A stretch of DNA of 55,861 bases from Macrostomum lignano (taxonomy: Eukaryota): NCBI GenBank assembly GCA_002269645.1, contig NIVC01004192.1:1-55861 (forward strand), given 5' to 3'. The translations under genes were made by a program, and so were the position numbers. Shown piece by piece: positions 1 to 12,600 of this stretch (positions are counted from its first letter, which is position 1; every line of letters starts with the position of its first letter). The notes beneath the pieces were generated by a model that did not search any database, was not told the DNA's origin, and worked only from the letters and a program-made list of their open reading frames with translations.

Positions 1-1310
1 ATGACTCTACCGGGGCTGGACATTTGATAATCTATCGGGGCTGGACATTCTGATAATCTACTACCGGGGCTGGACATTTTGATAATCTACCGGGCTGGAC
101 ATTCTGATAATCTACCGGATGACATTTTGAAATCTACGATGATGGACATTTTGATAATCTACCGGGGCTGACATTTTCTGATAATCTACCGGGATGGACA
201 TTTTTGATAATCTACCGGGGATGGACATTTTGATAATCTACCGGGCTGGACAGTTTTGATAATCAACCGGGCTGGACAGTTTGATAATCTACCGGGGATG
301 GACATTTTGATAATCTACCGGGGATGGACATTTTGATAATCTACCGGATGGACATTTGATAATCTACCGGGGCTGGACAGTTTGATAATCTACCGGGGCT
401 GGACAGTTTGATAATCTACCGGGCTGGACAGTTTGATAATCTACCGGGCTGGACAGTTTGATAATCTACCGGGGCTGGACAGTTTGATAATCTACCGGGG
501 CTGGACAGTTTGATAATCTACCGGGCTGGACATTTTGATAATCTACCGGGGCTGGACAGTTTGATAATCTACCGGGGATGGACATTTGAGGGTGGTCTAT
601 CGAGAATGGAAATTCTGAAAGTCTATCGGGGATGGACATTCTGGGAGTCTATCGAGAATGGAAATTCTGAGAGTCTATCGGGATGGACATTCTGAGAGTC
701 TATCGAGAATGGAAATTCTGAGAGTCTATCGGGGATGGACATTCTGAGAGTCTATCGAGAATGGACATTCTGAGAGTCTATCGGGGATGAACATTCTGAG
801 AGTCTATCGGGGATGGAAATTCTGAGAGTCTATCGGGATGGACATTCTGAGAGTCTATCGGGGATGGACATTCTGAGAGTCTATCGAGAATGGAAATTCT
901 GAGAGTCTATCGAGAATGGACATTCTGAGAGTCTATCGGGGATGGACATTCTGAGAGTCTATCGAGAATGGAAATTCTGAGAGTCTATCGGGATGGACAT
1001 TCTGAGAGTCTATCGAGAATGGACATTCTGAGAGTCTATCGGGATGAACATTCTGAGAGTCTATCGGGATGGACATTCTGAGAATCTATCGAGAATGAAA
1101 TTCTGAGAGTCTATCGGGGATGGACATTCTGAGAGTCTATCGGGGATGGACATTCTGAGAGTCTATCGAGAATGGAAATTCTGAAGTCTATCGAGAATGG
1201 AAATTCTGAGAGTCTATCGAGAATGGAAATTCTGAGAGTCTATCGGGAATGGACATTCTGAGAGTCTATCGGGGATGGACATTCTGAGAGTCTATCCGGA
1301 ATGGACATTT
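1..1310. repeat. Bipartite ~25-26 bp minisatellite (unit A GATAATCTACCGGGGCTGGACATTTT to ~587; unit B GAGAGTCTATCGGGGATGGACATTCT after)
   Basis: Tandem units read directly; the two unit types align position by position; the array runs off the window start. Confidence 0.95.
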
Positions 1311-1855
1311 TGAAGAACCTATTGTGGAAGCGCTTGGACTTTTATCTCAGACCTCTAGAAACGGAACAACAATCCAGTTTTTTCATTGGTCATCATGCAG
1401 CCGTGCAGCATGCAAATTGTGCAGATTCGGGCCAGTTTGGGATAATGTCCAAGCGCTGCAGACACTTGTTGAACGGCCCACGAGGGGTTCGGAAAGTTGA
1501 AAAAGAAGAAGATCGCGAGGATGCTCAGCCCTCTGCCCCATCTCTCTCTGGCTGAGCAGCGTTGATCAAATCGTCTGTGATTGAATTGTCCGCCATCTAA
1601 TCCGCCCCTGGCGCACTTGTGTCCCTCCCTCGCGGCATCTTATTGCGTGGGCATGAGTTGCTGCTCGACTCCTTTAGTCACCCCCGCCACCCCGGCCTCC
1701 CCCACCTAGCCTCAGCCAAGGCGGTCCAGAGCCACAGTCTGGAGTAGCAACTCTCTTCTCTAATCCATAATCAGCACGATTGCAGGAGGGCTGCGAACAC
1801 CCTGGCGACATCGTACCACACTCCAGCGCTGAGGCAGCTGACGATCCTGAGCACA

Positions 1856-1954
1856 TACAGGCACACACTCATACACACGCTCACACAGGGTGTACAACTG
1901 CCCTGACTGTCTAATCGTCAGGCATGTACACTCTCTGTGCCTTGGGGGCTGGCT
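1856..1954 (-). mobile_element. Diverged partial copy of the SINE family at 14372-14730
   Basis: CAGGCACACACTC...GTGTACA..GCCCT..ATCGT.AGGCATGTACACT...GCCTTGGGGG.TGGCT matches about 14505-14592. Confidence 0.5.
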
Positions 1955-2619
1955 GTCGTGGCACTTTTAGAATGAAAAATCATCTTAAATCTGTACTGTA
2001 ATTTTCCTTTCCCCATAAGGCTTTATCTTACAGTACAAAACAGACAACTCGTGTTGCCATATTTTTTTTTCATTCCTTGACTAATTGTCGATTTTTTCTC
2101 CGCGACATCAAACGGATCTGGCCAGAGTTCGCTGGCACTCTGAGTTCTAGCTCTGGTCTTCTTGGCTCAGGCAAGGGGCGCCCAAACTTCTCCTCCCCCG
2201 CTCGTCTCTCTCTCCGCGGCTTTGGGATCCTCCCGAACTAGAGCGAAGTTACTGAACCCTGTAGCTACTGTCACGCTGCAGTTGGCATCTCTTAATACCC
2301 GCGCCCGGCTCGAGTGCCACTAGGATTTGGAATTATGCCGCCTCCGCCCCCAACTCGCCCTCACTTTTCCCTTTCCTTCGTCCGTTAATTTTCCGGTGTT
2401 TTGCCCCAGCCCAGAATCGAACTGAAAGCTTTAACACTCCGCCTGTCAATCTGCCTCTCCCCACTGAGTAAAGTTACTACTTCAGCTAGCTAGAGTGTGG
2501 CTGTGCAAAAATATTTCACTTGAAAGCCTGGCTCAGAGGCCAATCTACAACAGAGTGCATCCAGCATAACAAAAAGTGCGAATTCTAAAATAAATTGTAA
2601 GGCCTTCTTTCTGTTTGAC

Positions 2620-3215
2620 TGCCTACCTGTCTGTGCGTGTGGGTTGGGTGAGGCTTATCGATTTTCTAGCCTGCTCTCTGCCTGCCTGTTCTGATGGGGT
2701 GGGCGAGGCTTATCGATTTTCTAGCCTGCTCTCTGCCTGCCTGTGCGTGTAGGGTGGGTGAGGCTTATCGATTTTCTAGCCTGCCTTCTGCCTGCCTGTG
2801 CGTGTGGGTTGGGTGAGGCTTATCGATTTTCTAGCCTGCTCTCTGCCTGCCTGTTCTGATGGGGTGGGTGAGGCTTATCGGTTTTCTAGCCTGCTCTCTG
2901 CCTGCCTGTGCGTGTAGGGTGGGTGAGGCTTATCGATTTTCTAGCCTGCTCTCTGCCTGCCTGTGCGTGTAGGGTGGGTGAGGCTTATCGATTTACTAGC
3001 CTGCTCTCTGCCTGCCTGTGCTGATGGGGTGGGTGAGGCTTATCGGTTTTCTAGCCAGCTCTCTGCCTGCCTGTGCGTGTAGGGTGGGTGAGGCTTATTG
3101 ATTTACTAGCCTGCTCTCTGCCTGCCTGTGCTGATGGGGTGGGTGAGGCTTATCGGTTTTCTAGCCAGCTCTCTGCCTGCCTGTGCGTGTAGTGTGGGTG
3201 AGGCTTATCGATTGC
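2620..3215. repeat. 55-bp minisatellite, ~11 copies
   Basis: AGGCTTATCG recurs at 2651, 2706, 2761 and onward. Confidence 0.95.
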
Positions 3216-5168
3216 CTGGCCTCCTGTCTGCCTGGGTGTAACAAGGCTTACCGATTGTTTTCAAACCAACTGCATATGCCTTAGACACTCTACTGACAAT
3301 TATGACACCATGTTATCCACTATAGCGCCTGTCGTGCCTGATTTTCACGATAGTTTTTTTTTCCGCTGCGAATTTTCTGACTCCCAGAAAGATCGCAATT
3401 TCCCGGTCATGCAAGAAATCCGCTCAGCAAAATGCATTTATTCGTGTCCTCCCTCCATTCTGAATCCCAGTTTTACTGAGCATTTAAGGAAATCTTCTCA
3501 GTTTCAAGCGCAGAGAGTAATCCCACGTCTCATCTCTACAAGGCACTGCATGCAATCCCCCTCTCTCTCACTCGCTCCCAACCAGCCTAGACTCTATAGA
3601 CCACTGGCAAGGGAGGAATGGTCGCAGCCTTAAGCGGTTAATTTTCGTTGCAGACAAAGTGGCTTAGGATGGCGGAGACAGTTGAAGAATTGTCTCAAAC
3701 GACTTTCTCTTGTCCCCCCCTCTCTCTCTCCTCTCGAGTTTCGGCCGAAACTCCTTCATCAGCCGATGCGAGGGATGTCATACAGGGCTAGTGAGGCGGA
3801 TAAGTGGACTTCGGAGATAATCGCCCTAAGAATCGCGCTCTGAGGCTGGGCATGGCGGTCTGGGAGGATAAAGAGGCGCCACCGCCGTTGACAACAAGAG
3901 AATCGATTGGGATTCCCCGCCTCAACCCTGCATGCAAAGCAAAGCAAAGCAAAGCTGCATGCACTTTGTTTTTGGCGGGGGTGGCGGGTGGTGGGTTAGC
4001 CATATCTTAAGACTCAAGGATTTCATCTCATTTTCTAGGGTATCAGGGCTTGTACAAGCATTGAGACTCTGCAACAGATTACGAATAGATATTGGCCTAT
4101 TGCATGTACGCTCGTAGTTGCTATGCTATGACTTAAAGGCTATGGGAACAGCCAACAATAGCTGTTGAGCATTATCAGTAACAATACTCGTACAATTTAT
4201 GCCTGAAAGGCTTGTTTTCCTAACGGAAAAGATGTCAATACTCGCACATGACAGGGAGCTTCGAAAGTGTTGGCTTAAATCATTTTTTAGTGCATTCGAC
4301 TCGTATAACAATTTATTTAATCGATAGCAGTAGAAATGAGACTTAATAATACTTTTAGTATTATTGATCGAAATTAATAAATGTTTAAAATGAAGGGACA
4401 ATTGTACAGGATTCCTTTATATTATTTATTTTTTGACGAGTTTTCCGGTTTTTTTATCTACAATGATTATTTTAATATTTATTTATTATACAGTATTTAA
4501 GTACCATAATACAATTATAACAGATTAATTTTTTTAAAATCCGTATTATTTACGGATATCTATTAAAATTAATTTATTTAATAAAAAACCCTCAAACGAA
4601 AAATTAAAAACTTTAAAAAATTACATGACTCCGATACAAACAACTGCGGCGCTACCGTGGAGAGAAAAATTATTGAATGACTGAATATTTGAGTTGCTGT
4701 TAAAACGCATTGACCTAGGCGGTCGCGGGTCAGCCCTTGGGGGGGCTCTGCCGCAATATATATATTTATAAAAAAATTTAAAACGAGCATTGTATTGTAA
4801 ATTAATTTTCGAAATAGTATTTTACTTAGTATAAAAGGTTTAAAGGTGTAAAACTGTTATTATTGAGTTTGAAAATAAAAGTAAAAGCATATTGGAATAA
4901 TTTTAGAAAATTTTTGCTCAAGGAAGGAGAATATTTGAGTTACTATTGAATTGAGTTAATGTTCCGTTATAAGAAAAAAAAGTAGAATTTTATTGATGAA
5001 GAAACACATTGATTGCAAATCTGAAGGCTTAGCTAGATATATTTTTATCTGTTAAGATTAAGACTAAGATAATATTTATAAAAATTAGTTCACGGTTGGC
5101 TGCCGTGTCTGAAGCTATTTAGCTGTGTGTTGTTAAGACATCTGGATTAGCAATCCTTTCTTATTCCT

Positions 5169-6293
5169 TCATCCATGGAAAAAATTGACAACAATTTTCT
5201 CTTTTAAGTGGCGGCAAAAAGATCTGAAAATGAAAACAAGAATAACGAACAAAACTTTGATTGTATACTCCGAAACCGAGGCACATGAAGCGGTGTTCTG
5301 AAATTGGCTTGAGCCACCATAGTCAACCGCAGCAATCCAGATGGCAATGGTGCAAATCACGGTACAGCAGACAGCAGCGAAGCATAGGCATGAAAACAAC
5401 GCGCTCAGAATGACGATGCCCACTTTTGATAGCATTAACAGACAGCAGTAGACGGTCAATAGAAGTGGATAAATCAAACAGCAAAACGCGGCGATAGAAA
5501 TGAGTATAAAAGCACTTTTACTAAGTTTCTTACCGAATAGCTTTGAGGACCAACTTTCTATTTTCGATTTTGCGAGTGCTTGTGTGTGCTCCGCTAAGGT
5601 CTTGAAATTGATCTCTAAATTGCACTGCACTTTTTTGTGAGCCATATTTAACTTGATCCGCAAATCGCACTGCACTTCTTTGTGAACCATCGCACTCATC
5701 TCGCCAGAAATAAACTTCACCAGGTACCGAGGGGCTGCCTGCTCAGCTCGGTACACAATGTACTCATCGTTGAGTACACCTCCGCTGCTCTTAGTCTTCC
5801 GTTTAGCAAACGCAGAGTCGCAGCCCTCAGCTTGCAGCCGTACAATGCTGAGCCTGGGATCGGCTGCTTTGCAAACCAACGGTTTTCCGATAGCAACATC
5901 GCATAACAGCAGGTACTTGGCTCCATTGTCGCGACAGTATTGAGCACTCTTGGTGCTATCGGTGGCGAAGTAGATTCCCGGACCGAACATGCCTCCACTA
6001 CCGACCTTGAATCCATCTTCGATAATTTTCTCGGCGTTTTGTTTCGTCGTCCCGTGAAAAAGCAGCTGCGGCTGGCGGTCGCTGGCGTGCAGTTCATTGA
6101 GACAGTTTCTCAGTTTGCGATCCAACTCGGAGTTTTGGATCCTCTCAATCGACTGGATCTGTATTCGGATTCCATGCTCCGGTTTGACATACCGCTCGAC
6201 TCTGTCCCGAACTGTCAGATACTCTTGAATTGTGTCGTCACTGGTCTCGGTGAGAAGTTTCCGGCGAACTACTCTGCCTTGTATCTGATCTGG
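5169..6293 (-). CDS. Tankyrase-like PARP/ADP-ribosyltransferase catalytic domain followed by ~3 hydrophobic TM segments (terminal exon; upstream exons unresolved)
   Basis: ORF 6125-5169 extends in frame to an acceptor TTTTTAG at 6294. Motifs IERIQN, LFHGT, GGMFGPGIYFA, LLLCDVAIGK, NDEYIVY..EQAAPRYLV match the tankyrase/PARP fold. Candidate AATAAA at 4994-4989. Confidence 0.9.
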   Translation of the reverse strand, partial: PDQIQGRVVRRKLLTETSDDTIQEYLTVRDRVERYVKPEHGIRIQIQSIERIQNSELDRKLRNCLNELHASDRQPQLLFHGTTKQNAEKIIEDGFKVGSGGMFGPGIYFATDSTKSAQYCRDNGAKYLLLCDVAIGKPLVCKAADPRLSIVRLQAEGCDSAFAKRKTKSSGGVLNDEYIVYRAEQAAPRYLVKFISGEMSAMVHKEVQCDLRIKLNMAHKKVQCNLEINFKTLAEHTQALAKSKIESWSSKLFGKKLSKSAFILISIAAFCCLIYPLLLTVYCCLLMLSKVGIVILSALFSCLCFAAVCCTVICTIAIWIAAVDYGGSSQFQNTASCASVSEYTIKVLFVILVFIFRSFCRHLKEKIVVNFFHG

Positions 6294-6794
6294 CTAAAAA
6301 GTATTATCAAAGAGAGATCTATGATTAAATTGACTCGGATTGAGACTTTAAGCTCTTCCACACAGCCATCAATTGAAGGCAATTGTAGAGCGATTGATTA
6401 CATTCATACTTCACACATAATCGCAGGAGCAGGCACCCTGGCGCAACGTCTTTGGCGACATCGTCCCACGTTGCACTATACCAGCGCTTTTGATAGGAGG
6501 CAGATCCAGTGTTGATCTTTTGATATGTTGTGCCTTTCTTATTGCTCCATCGATATTCATAAAGCTTTTCGTTCAGAAATAGTTTTAAAGGGAGGTTTCA
6601 CCGAAAAAAATACACTACGGAGATAGGAAATTTCACGATTTTCAACACTAAAACAGTGATTGGGTCTCTTAACAGTGTCAGAGAAAGTTCTAATCACACT
6701 ATTTTGTGCCTCACATGCTGCTCTGACGACGCATTAATCGATTTTTTATGTTAAATTGGTCTTATTGGAAAAAACGTTTAAAATAATGATAAGA

Positions 6795-6918
6795 ACTGAA
6801 GCAATGCAGAGAGTTAAGTGTCTTGCTCAAGGACACAAATTGTTCCCGTGGGGTCGAGAATCGAACCCCCGACCTTTCAGTCGTGAGCCCGACGCTCTGA
6901 CCGCTAGGCTACAACCCC
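6795..6918 (-). mobile_element. tRNA-derived CORE-type SINE fragment
   Basis: Minus strand has A box TAGCCTAGCGG, B box GGTTCGATTC, then TGTGTCCTTGAGCAAGACACTTAACTCTCT, resembling the MIR/CORE motif TGTGACCTTGGGCAAGTTACTTAACCTCTCT. Confidence 0.75.
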
Positions 6919-6964
6919 TCTATGCTAAACCCCCCTCTTTGGTGCAAAAGCCCTAAATGAATGT

Positions 6965-7040
6965 TGCCATGTACGGAATGAATCGAACCTGGGGTCGCAA
7001 TGCAAGAGTCAGACGCGTTTACCGCTGAGCTGCCCTGCCC
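6965..7040 (-). mobile_element. Second degenerate tRNA-like SINE head
   Basis: Minus strand GCAGCTCAGCGGTAAACGCG...CCAGGTTCGATTC (A-box-like and B-box-like); no full cloverleaf. Confidence 0.5.
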
Positions 7041-8721
7041 CTAATTTTAAATCTGTAAAGTACTTTTATTGCGTGCTTTGGGTAGCTATACGGATATTTG
7101 ATTTAATGCATGCACGCTCAAGTATTCACCTGACCGGCTGCATCATGCCAGCATTAAATTAATCCATTTCATAAGTTCACATACCTGGGATGCGGGTTGA
7201 TTACCCATGCCGCGATAAAAGTATTCGGACACTTAAATTAAACAAATATTTTGTTGATCATAACTAAAAACAATTAACCGATGGCTAAAGGTATACCTGT
7301 CTCTTTGATGAGTTAGTTCTTCTGCTTACAGTTTATGCAAGTTTTGTTTGGAGCTTGTGCCACAGATTTCCTGTCTTGACTAATAAAACTCTCTCGCAAT
7401 TATAGACTCAAAATTTGTAAAAAAATGTTATCAACTACACTACTTATATACTAAGAAGGTACAAGCCACTAGCCACTGATACTAGAATCGTTTCCCAGTG
7501 TACAACTTATGCATTTACCTTGCGTACTGTTTCTAAGTCTGTCTAGCTCTAATTGCACGTACGCATTCGTGCAATACAAGGCTACTTTTGTTCGTTGTTT
7601 TGTTCGCCTTTCATTCGTCATGTTATGTGGAACTTCAGTTTTGCTCCAAAGTAATTTGCAGCATCTTTTATGTAATTTTTGTCCTACAAGATTTTGGGTT
7701 GCTTGTCGTAGATAGACGGATTGGAAATCACAGACTTACAGAAGTCAATTTCAATCATATTTGATCGCAGCCAATGTTAAATTGGGCGGAAGTTTTCGTT
7801 CTCAAAGGAACTTAGAATTACAGCTAAATCTTGTGATATCATAAAAACTCATTTGACGGGGTGGTAGCAAAGAAAGGAATGAGAAATTTTGAATGAACTA
7901 AATGTAGAAATTTTTGTATATAGTTGCTACTGTTACTTTCTTACGGAAAAGGATGCTTTAAAGCAAAAAAATTATCGGCCCCTGACAGCTAGCTGGCAGC
8001 CACCCCAAAGATCATATGATCTAGCCCAAGATGTCAGCACCCCTTTGAGAAGTGAAATCTCAGCAATTCCCCCTTGAGCCATGCAAAGGCTACTAAAGTA
8101 GAAGGACGCAACACTCGAAATCTATGGAAAATGTTTTGAAGGCCACTTTTCCTAACCATGTCCTTTTTGAATGGATGGAGGGAGAGTGTTGGCTGAGGCA
8201 GTGCTGGCAGAGATTTAATCCGATGTGCAGACGATACGCTCTTATTTCCTAGAAGAAAGCAATTAAATAAGATGGCCTCTATTATAGGTACAGCAAATTT
8301 TATAAAGCTTATAGACTTTCATTTTGCGCTACTCATAGTAATAGAAGCAGAGCCCGAGTGCCTTTCGATGAGCAGCAGTGCTGGCTGAAGTAAGTGCGCA
8401 CTGTTTATGCTGCTATATGAGCGGAATGACAAATTGAGTAATGAGTCATGCTGCTCACCCTCGCTTCAACTACGAGTATGGCGAAGCGCTCGTGCCCCAG
8501 CCTCCTCTCCGGCTGGCTTTCGAATTAACAAAAATTTCTTTTGAGTTTTCGCCTGCACATCATGCGGGCGGGCCGCGCATTGTTTCTGCTACTAAAATGG
8601 AAATTACAGCAATTAACGATCCGGCAGAAGCAGTTGAGATGAAGAATGCGCGTAAGTGAACTCATTGAGTCCAAGATATTACTCAGGTACGCTTGTGCTG
8701 CAAATTTGACATGGCGTTCTC

Positions 8722-9142
<421 letters not shown>

Positions 9143-9668
9143 CACGGACAGGTGGAGGGCGAGAAGTAACCAAAGCCAACACAGCGGAATGCCGAACGGC
9201 CGCATGAATGGCACAGCTGGCTAGCATAAAGGCCTGTCCTCTCAAACAATAAACCGCTCCATCGGGGCAGGGGCGGGCGGGTCAGAGTGAAGTGTCATTT
9301 GCGGCCGCTGAAATGGAGCAGGCGGAGCGCGGCATCGAGCGAGAGAAGTGCGCGCTGCTAACCAAAGCCTCCCTTAGATTTTTGAAAGAAGGAAACCTCA
9401 GTGGGTCAGGGAAAGAGAAGATGGCAGTAGTTTGAGAGACTGAGTGGGCCAGGCGGTGTTAACCATGCAATAGAAATGCCTATACACTTACCCCTGAAGT
9501 TTTGTCTTATATTCTGGCAACAATCTCTTTTACACGGCCCCTCTAAGTGCGAGGGTCAGAATAAACCCGACCAGCTCGTTGAGCTCATCTGAGCACTAAT
9601 TCTTTTGATAAGGTCAGTCGGCCAGTCCCCGGATCTGCAGCAGCAGCAGCAGCAGCTTGCGTGACGCA

Positions 9669-12600
9669 ATGCAACTGGTGTGCAAGGTGGCCAGGGCCTT
9701 GGCCACCACAGCTCTGATAATCGCAATCCTTCCCTATGAGGCTCGAGCACAGGACGTCTCGCCAGGAGTGGCAGCCGGGGTGACCTTCGCCGTGACGTTT
9801 ATCGTCTGCGTATGCGTCTGCGTCATCCTCGTCTGCTACCTGCTGCGGCGAATGCGCCTGATGAAGAGGAGATGTGAGAGCTGGCTGCAAGGGCTTCGGG
9901 AGGAGTGGCATTAGCGGAGAGCATGAGGGGGAGATGGAGAGCATGAGGGGGAGAGGGAGAGCATGAGGGGGAGATAGAGAGCATGAGGGGGAGATGGAGA
10001 GCATGAGGGGGAGAGGGAGAGCATGAGGGGGAGATAGAGAGCATGAGGGGAGATGGAGAGCATGAGGGGGAGAGGGAGAGCATGAGGGGGAGAGGGAGAG
10101 CATGAGGGGGAGATGGAGAGCATGAGGGGGAGTGGGAGAGCATGAGGGGGAGATGGAGAGCATGAGGGGAAGAGGGAGAGCATGAGGGGGAGAGGGAGAG
10201 CATGAGGGGGAGATAGAGAGCATGAGGGGGAGAGGGAGAGCATGAGGGGGAGATGGAGAGCATGAGGGGGAGAGGGAAAGCATGAGGGGAGAGGGAGAGC
10301 ATGAGGGGGAGATGGAGAGCATGAGGGGGAGATAGAGAGCATGAGGGGGAGAGGGAGAACATGAGGGGAGATGGAGAGCATGAGGGGGAGAGGGAAAGCA
10401 TGAGGGGGAGAGGGAGAGCATGAGGGGGAGATGGAGAGCATGAGGGGGAGATAGAGAGCATGAGGGGGAGAGGGAGAACATGAGGGGGAGATGGAGAGCA
10501 TGAGGGGGAGATGGAGAGCATGAGGGGGAGATGGAGAGCATGAGGGGGAGAGGGAGAGCATGAGGGGGAGAGGGAGAGCATGAGGGGGAGATGGAGAGCA
10601 TGAGGGGGAGAGGGAAAGCATGAGGGGGAGAGGGAGAGCATGAGGGGGAGATGGAGAGCATGAGGGGGAGATAGAGAGCATGAGGGGGAGAGGGAGAACA
10701 TGAGGGGGAGATGGAGAGCATGAGGGGGAGATGGAGAGCATGAGGGGGAGATGGAGAGCATGAGAGGGAGAGGGAGAGCATGAGGGGGAGAGGGAGAGCA
10801 TGAGGGGAGATGGAGAGCATGAGGGGGAGATGGAGAGCATGAGGGGGAGAGGGAGAAGAGCATGAGAGGGTAGAGGGACAGGGATACAGTTCACTTTAAC
10901 CTAGTCCCTTTGTCGTCGCACCCTCCTTGGACAGCGAGCTCACACAGGTCCCGGTCCGGCGTCGAGAACACCGGCTTTGATTGGGTGGAGAACCGGCCCG
11001 CAACCACCGGTCGCCGAGCTGAGCAGAGCGGCGGCGCCTCAGTGCGGATGGTCAACGAGCAGGATTCTGCCAAAGTGGTGAGCCAGCCCACAGATTATCC
11101 TGTGAGCCAACCTGTGTTTCACCTGGTTCCCGGTGTTCACCTGATTCCCGGTGTTCACCTGGTTCCTGGTGTTCACCTGATTCCCGGTGTTCACCTGATT
11201 CCCGGTGTTCATCTGGTTCCCGGTGTTCACCTGATTCCCGGTGTTCACCTGGTTCCCGGTGTTCACCTGGTTCCCGGTGTTCACCTGGTTCCCGGTGTTC
11301 ACCTGGTTCCCGGTGTTCACCTGGTTCCTGGTGTTCACCTGATTCCCGGTGTTCACCTGATTCCCGGTGTTCACCTGGTTCCCGGTGTTCACCTGATTCC
11401 CGGTGTTCACCTGGTTCCCGGTGTTCACCTGGTTCCCAGTGTTCAGCTGTTCACTATCAAACCATTGTCTTCATCAACAACTTCAGCATGTCAACAAGCC
11501 AAAGCCGGAGGTCAAGGATCTAATATCAGTTTGCGCCACCAAGCTTGAGGACTTGGAATTAAAGATTAAGCTGAGCAACAACATGGTCCTGGTGTCCAAG
11601 GACCCCGCGCACAGCTCGCTCTGCAGTCGGCAAGGCGTTCGAGCAGGTAATTTCGTTGTCCTGATGTCAACCCCAACCCCAACCCCAACCCCAACCCCAA
11701 CCCCAACCCCAACCCCAACCCCAACCCCAACCCCAACCCCAACCCCAACCCCAACCCCAACCCCAACCCCAACCCCAACCTCAACCCTAACCCCAACCTA
11801 AATCCTAACAATTCCCTTGCTAACGAATGCCGGCCTCTCCACTGCCTTAGGCGACCGCATCGTGGCGATCCGGGTCGACCTAACAGCTGGCGAAGCGGCC
11901 GACGCGGTCGACCCCGATCATGTGAGCTTCCTGCTCGGCCTGGCCGGTTGCTACGGCCTCACAGTAGAATTCCAGCACCAGCAGCCAGCGACTTCAGCCG
12001 CCGCCGCCGCCGCCGCCGCCCCGCCGCTGCCGCCGTCAACACCGTTGCGCGAGGCCTCGCGAAGCGTCGCCCTACCATCGATCGTTGTCTCCGAGGAGGC
12101 GCCGGCGCCTGCGCCTACAGGAGGGCCGCGGCTTCTGCTGGCCCGCGGCGGCGGAGTCCCGCAGGCGGCAGCTGGTGGCCAACTCGAGCGGGCCCTGCTG
12201 AACTCCGACTGGACGGAGGCGGAGCCACAGGAAGACGAATGGGTGGCACTGTCGGTGGATCTGATGCTGAAAGAGGAGGCCGACTCGCACGCCTACGCTG
12301 TCATTGGCGAGGTGGCGGTCCCGAACCTCGACTTGTCGCTGGAACCCGGAGACGAAGGCAAAACCTGGCGCTCGTTGGGTGGCGCCGTTGAAGACGCGCT
12401 GACCGAGTCCACAGGCAGGCGCGGCTCCGCCTCGTCAGGTGGCACCTCGTCAGGCACGGCGAACACCCTGGTGGAGATGCCGCGGCCGCGCAGCGACGAC
12501 AGCCTGTCAGCGTCCGGGGATGACGATCTGGACGAGGCCGACCTAGTGGTTCAGGCTGTTAGGAATGCCGACAAAGCGTTGTCGAATGCGGAATCCGCGG

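Noticed and set aside
1301-1600. Possible coding exon or transposase fragment
   Set aside because: No recognisable motif in any frame
6310-6590. Open minus frame (KLYEYRWSNKKG...WYSATWDDV) as an upstream PARP exon or WWE domain
   Set aside because: No convincing donor in a compatible phase and no recognisable motif; needs transcript data
6850-6918. Functional tRNA-Val(CAC) gene
   Set aside because: The anticodon stem is mismatched, ~3 nt are missing between the T loop and acceptor stem, and it runs into a CORE-SINE body
7205-7240. AAAAGTATTCGGACAC resembling a Tc1/mariner TIR
   Set aside because: No inverted partner or transposase found in the window
9585-10894. Pro/Ser/Leu-rich minus-strand ORFs
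   Set aside because: Reverse translation of the 20-bp intron array
11447-11548. Exon 3 starting at the AG at 11446
   Set aside because: That frame stops at 11548; the acceptor at 11486 keeps an open frame with matching phases
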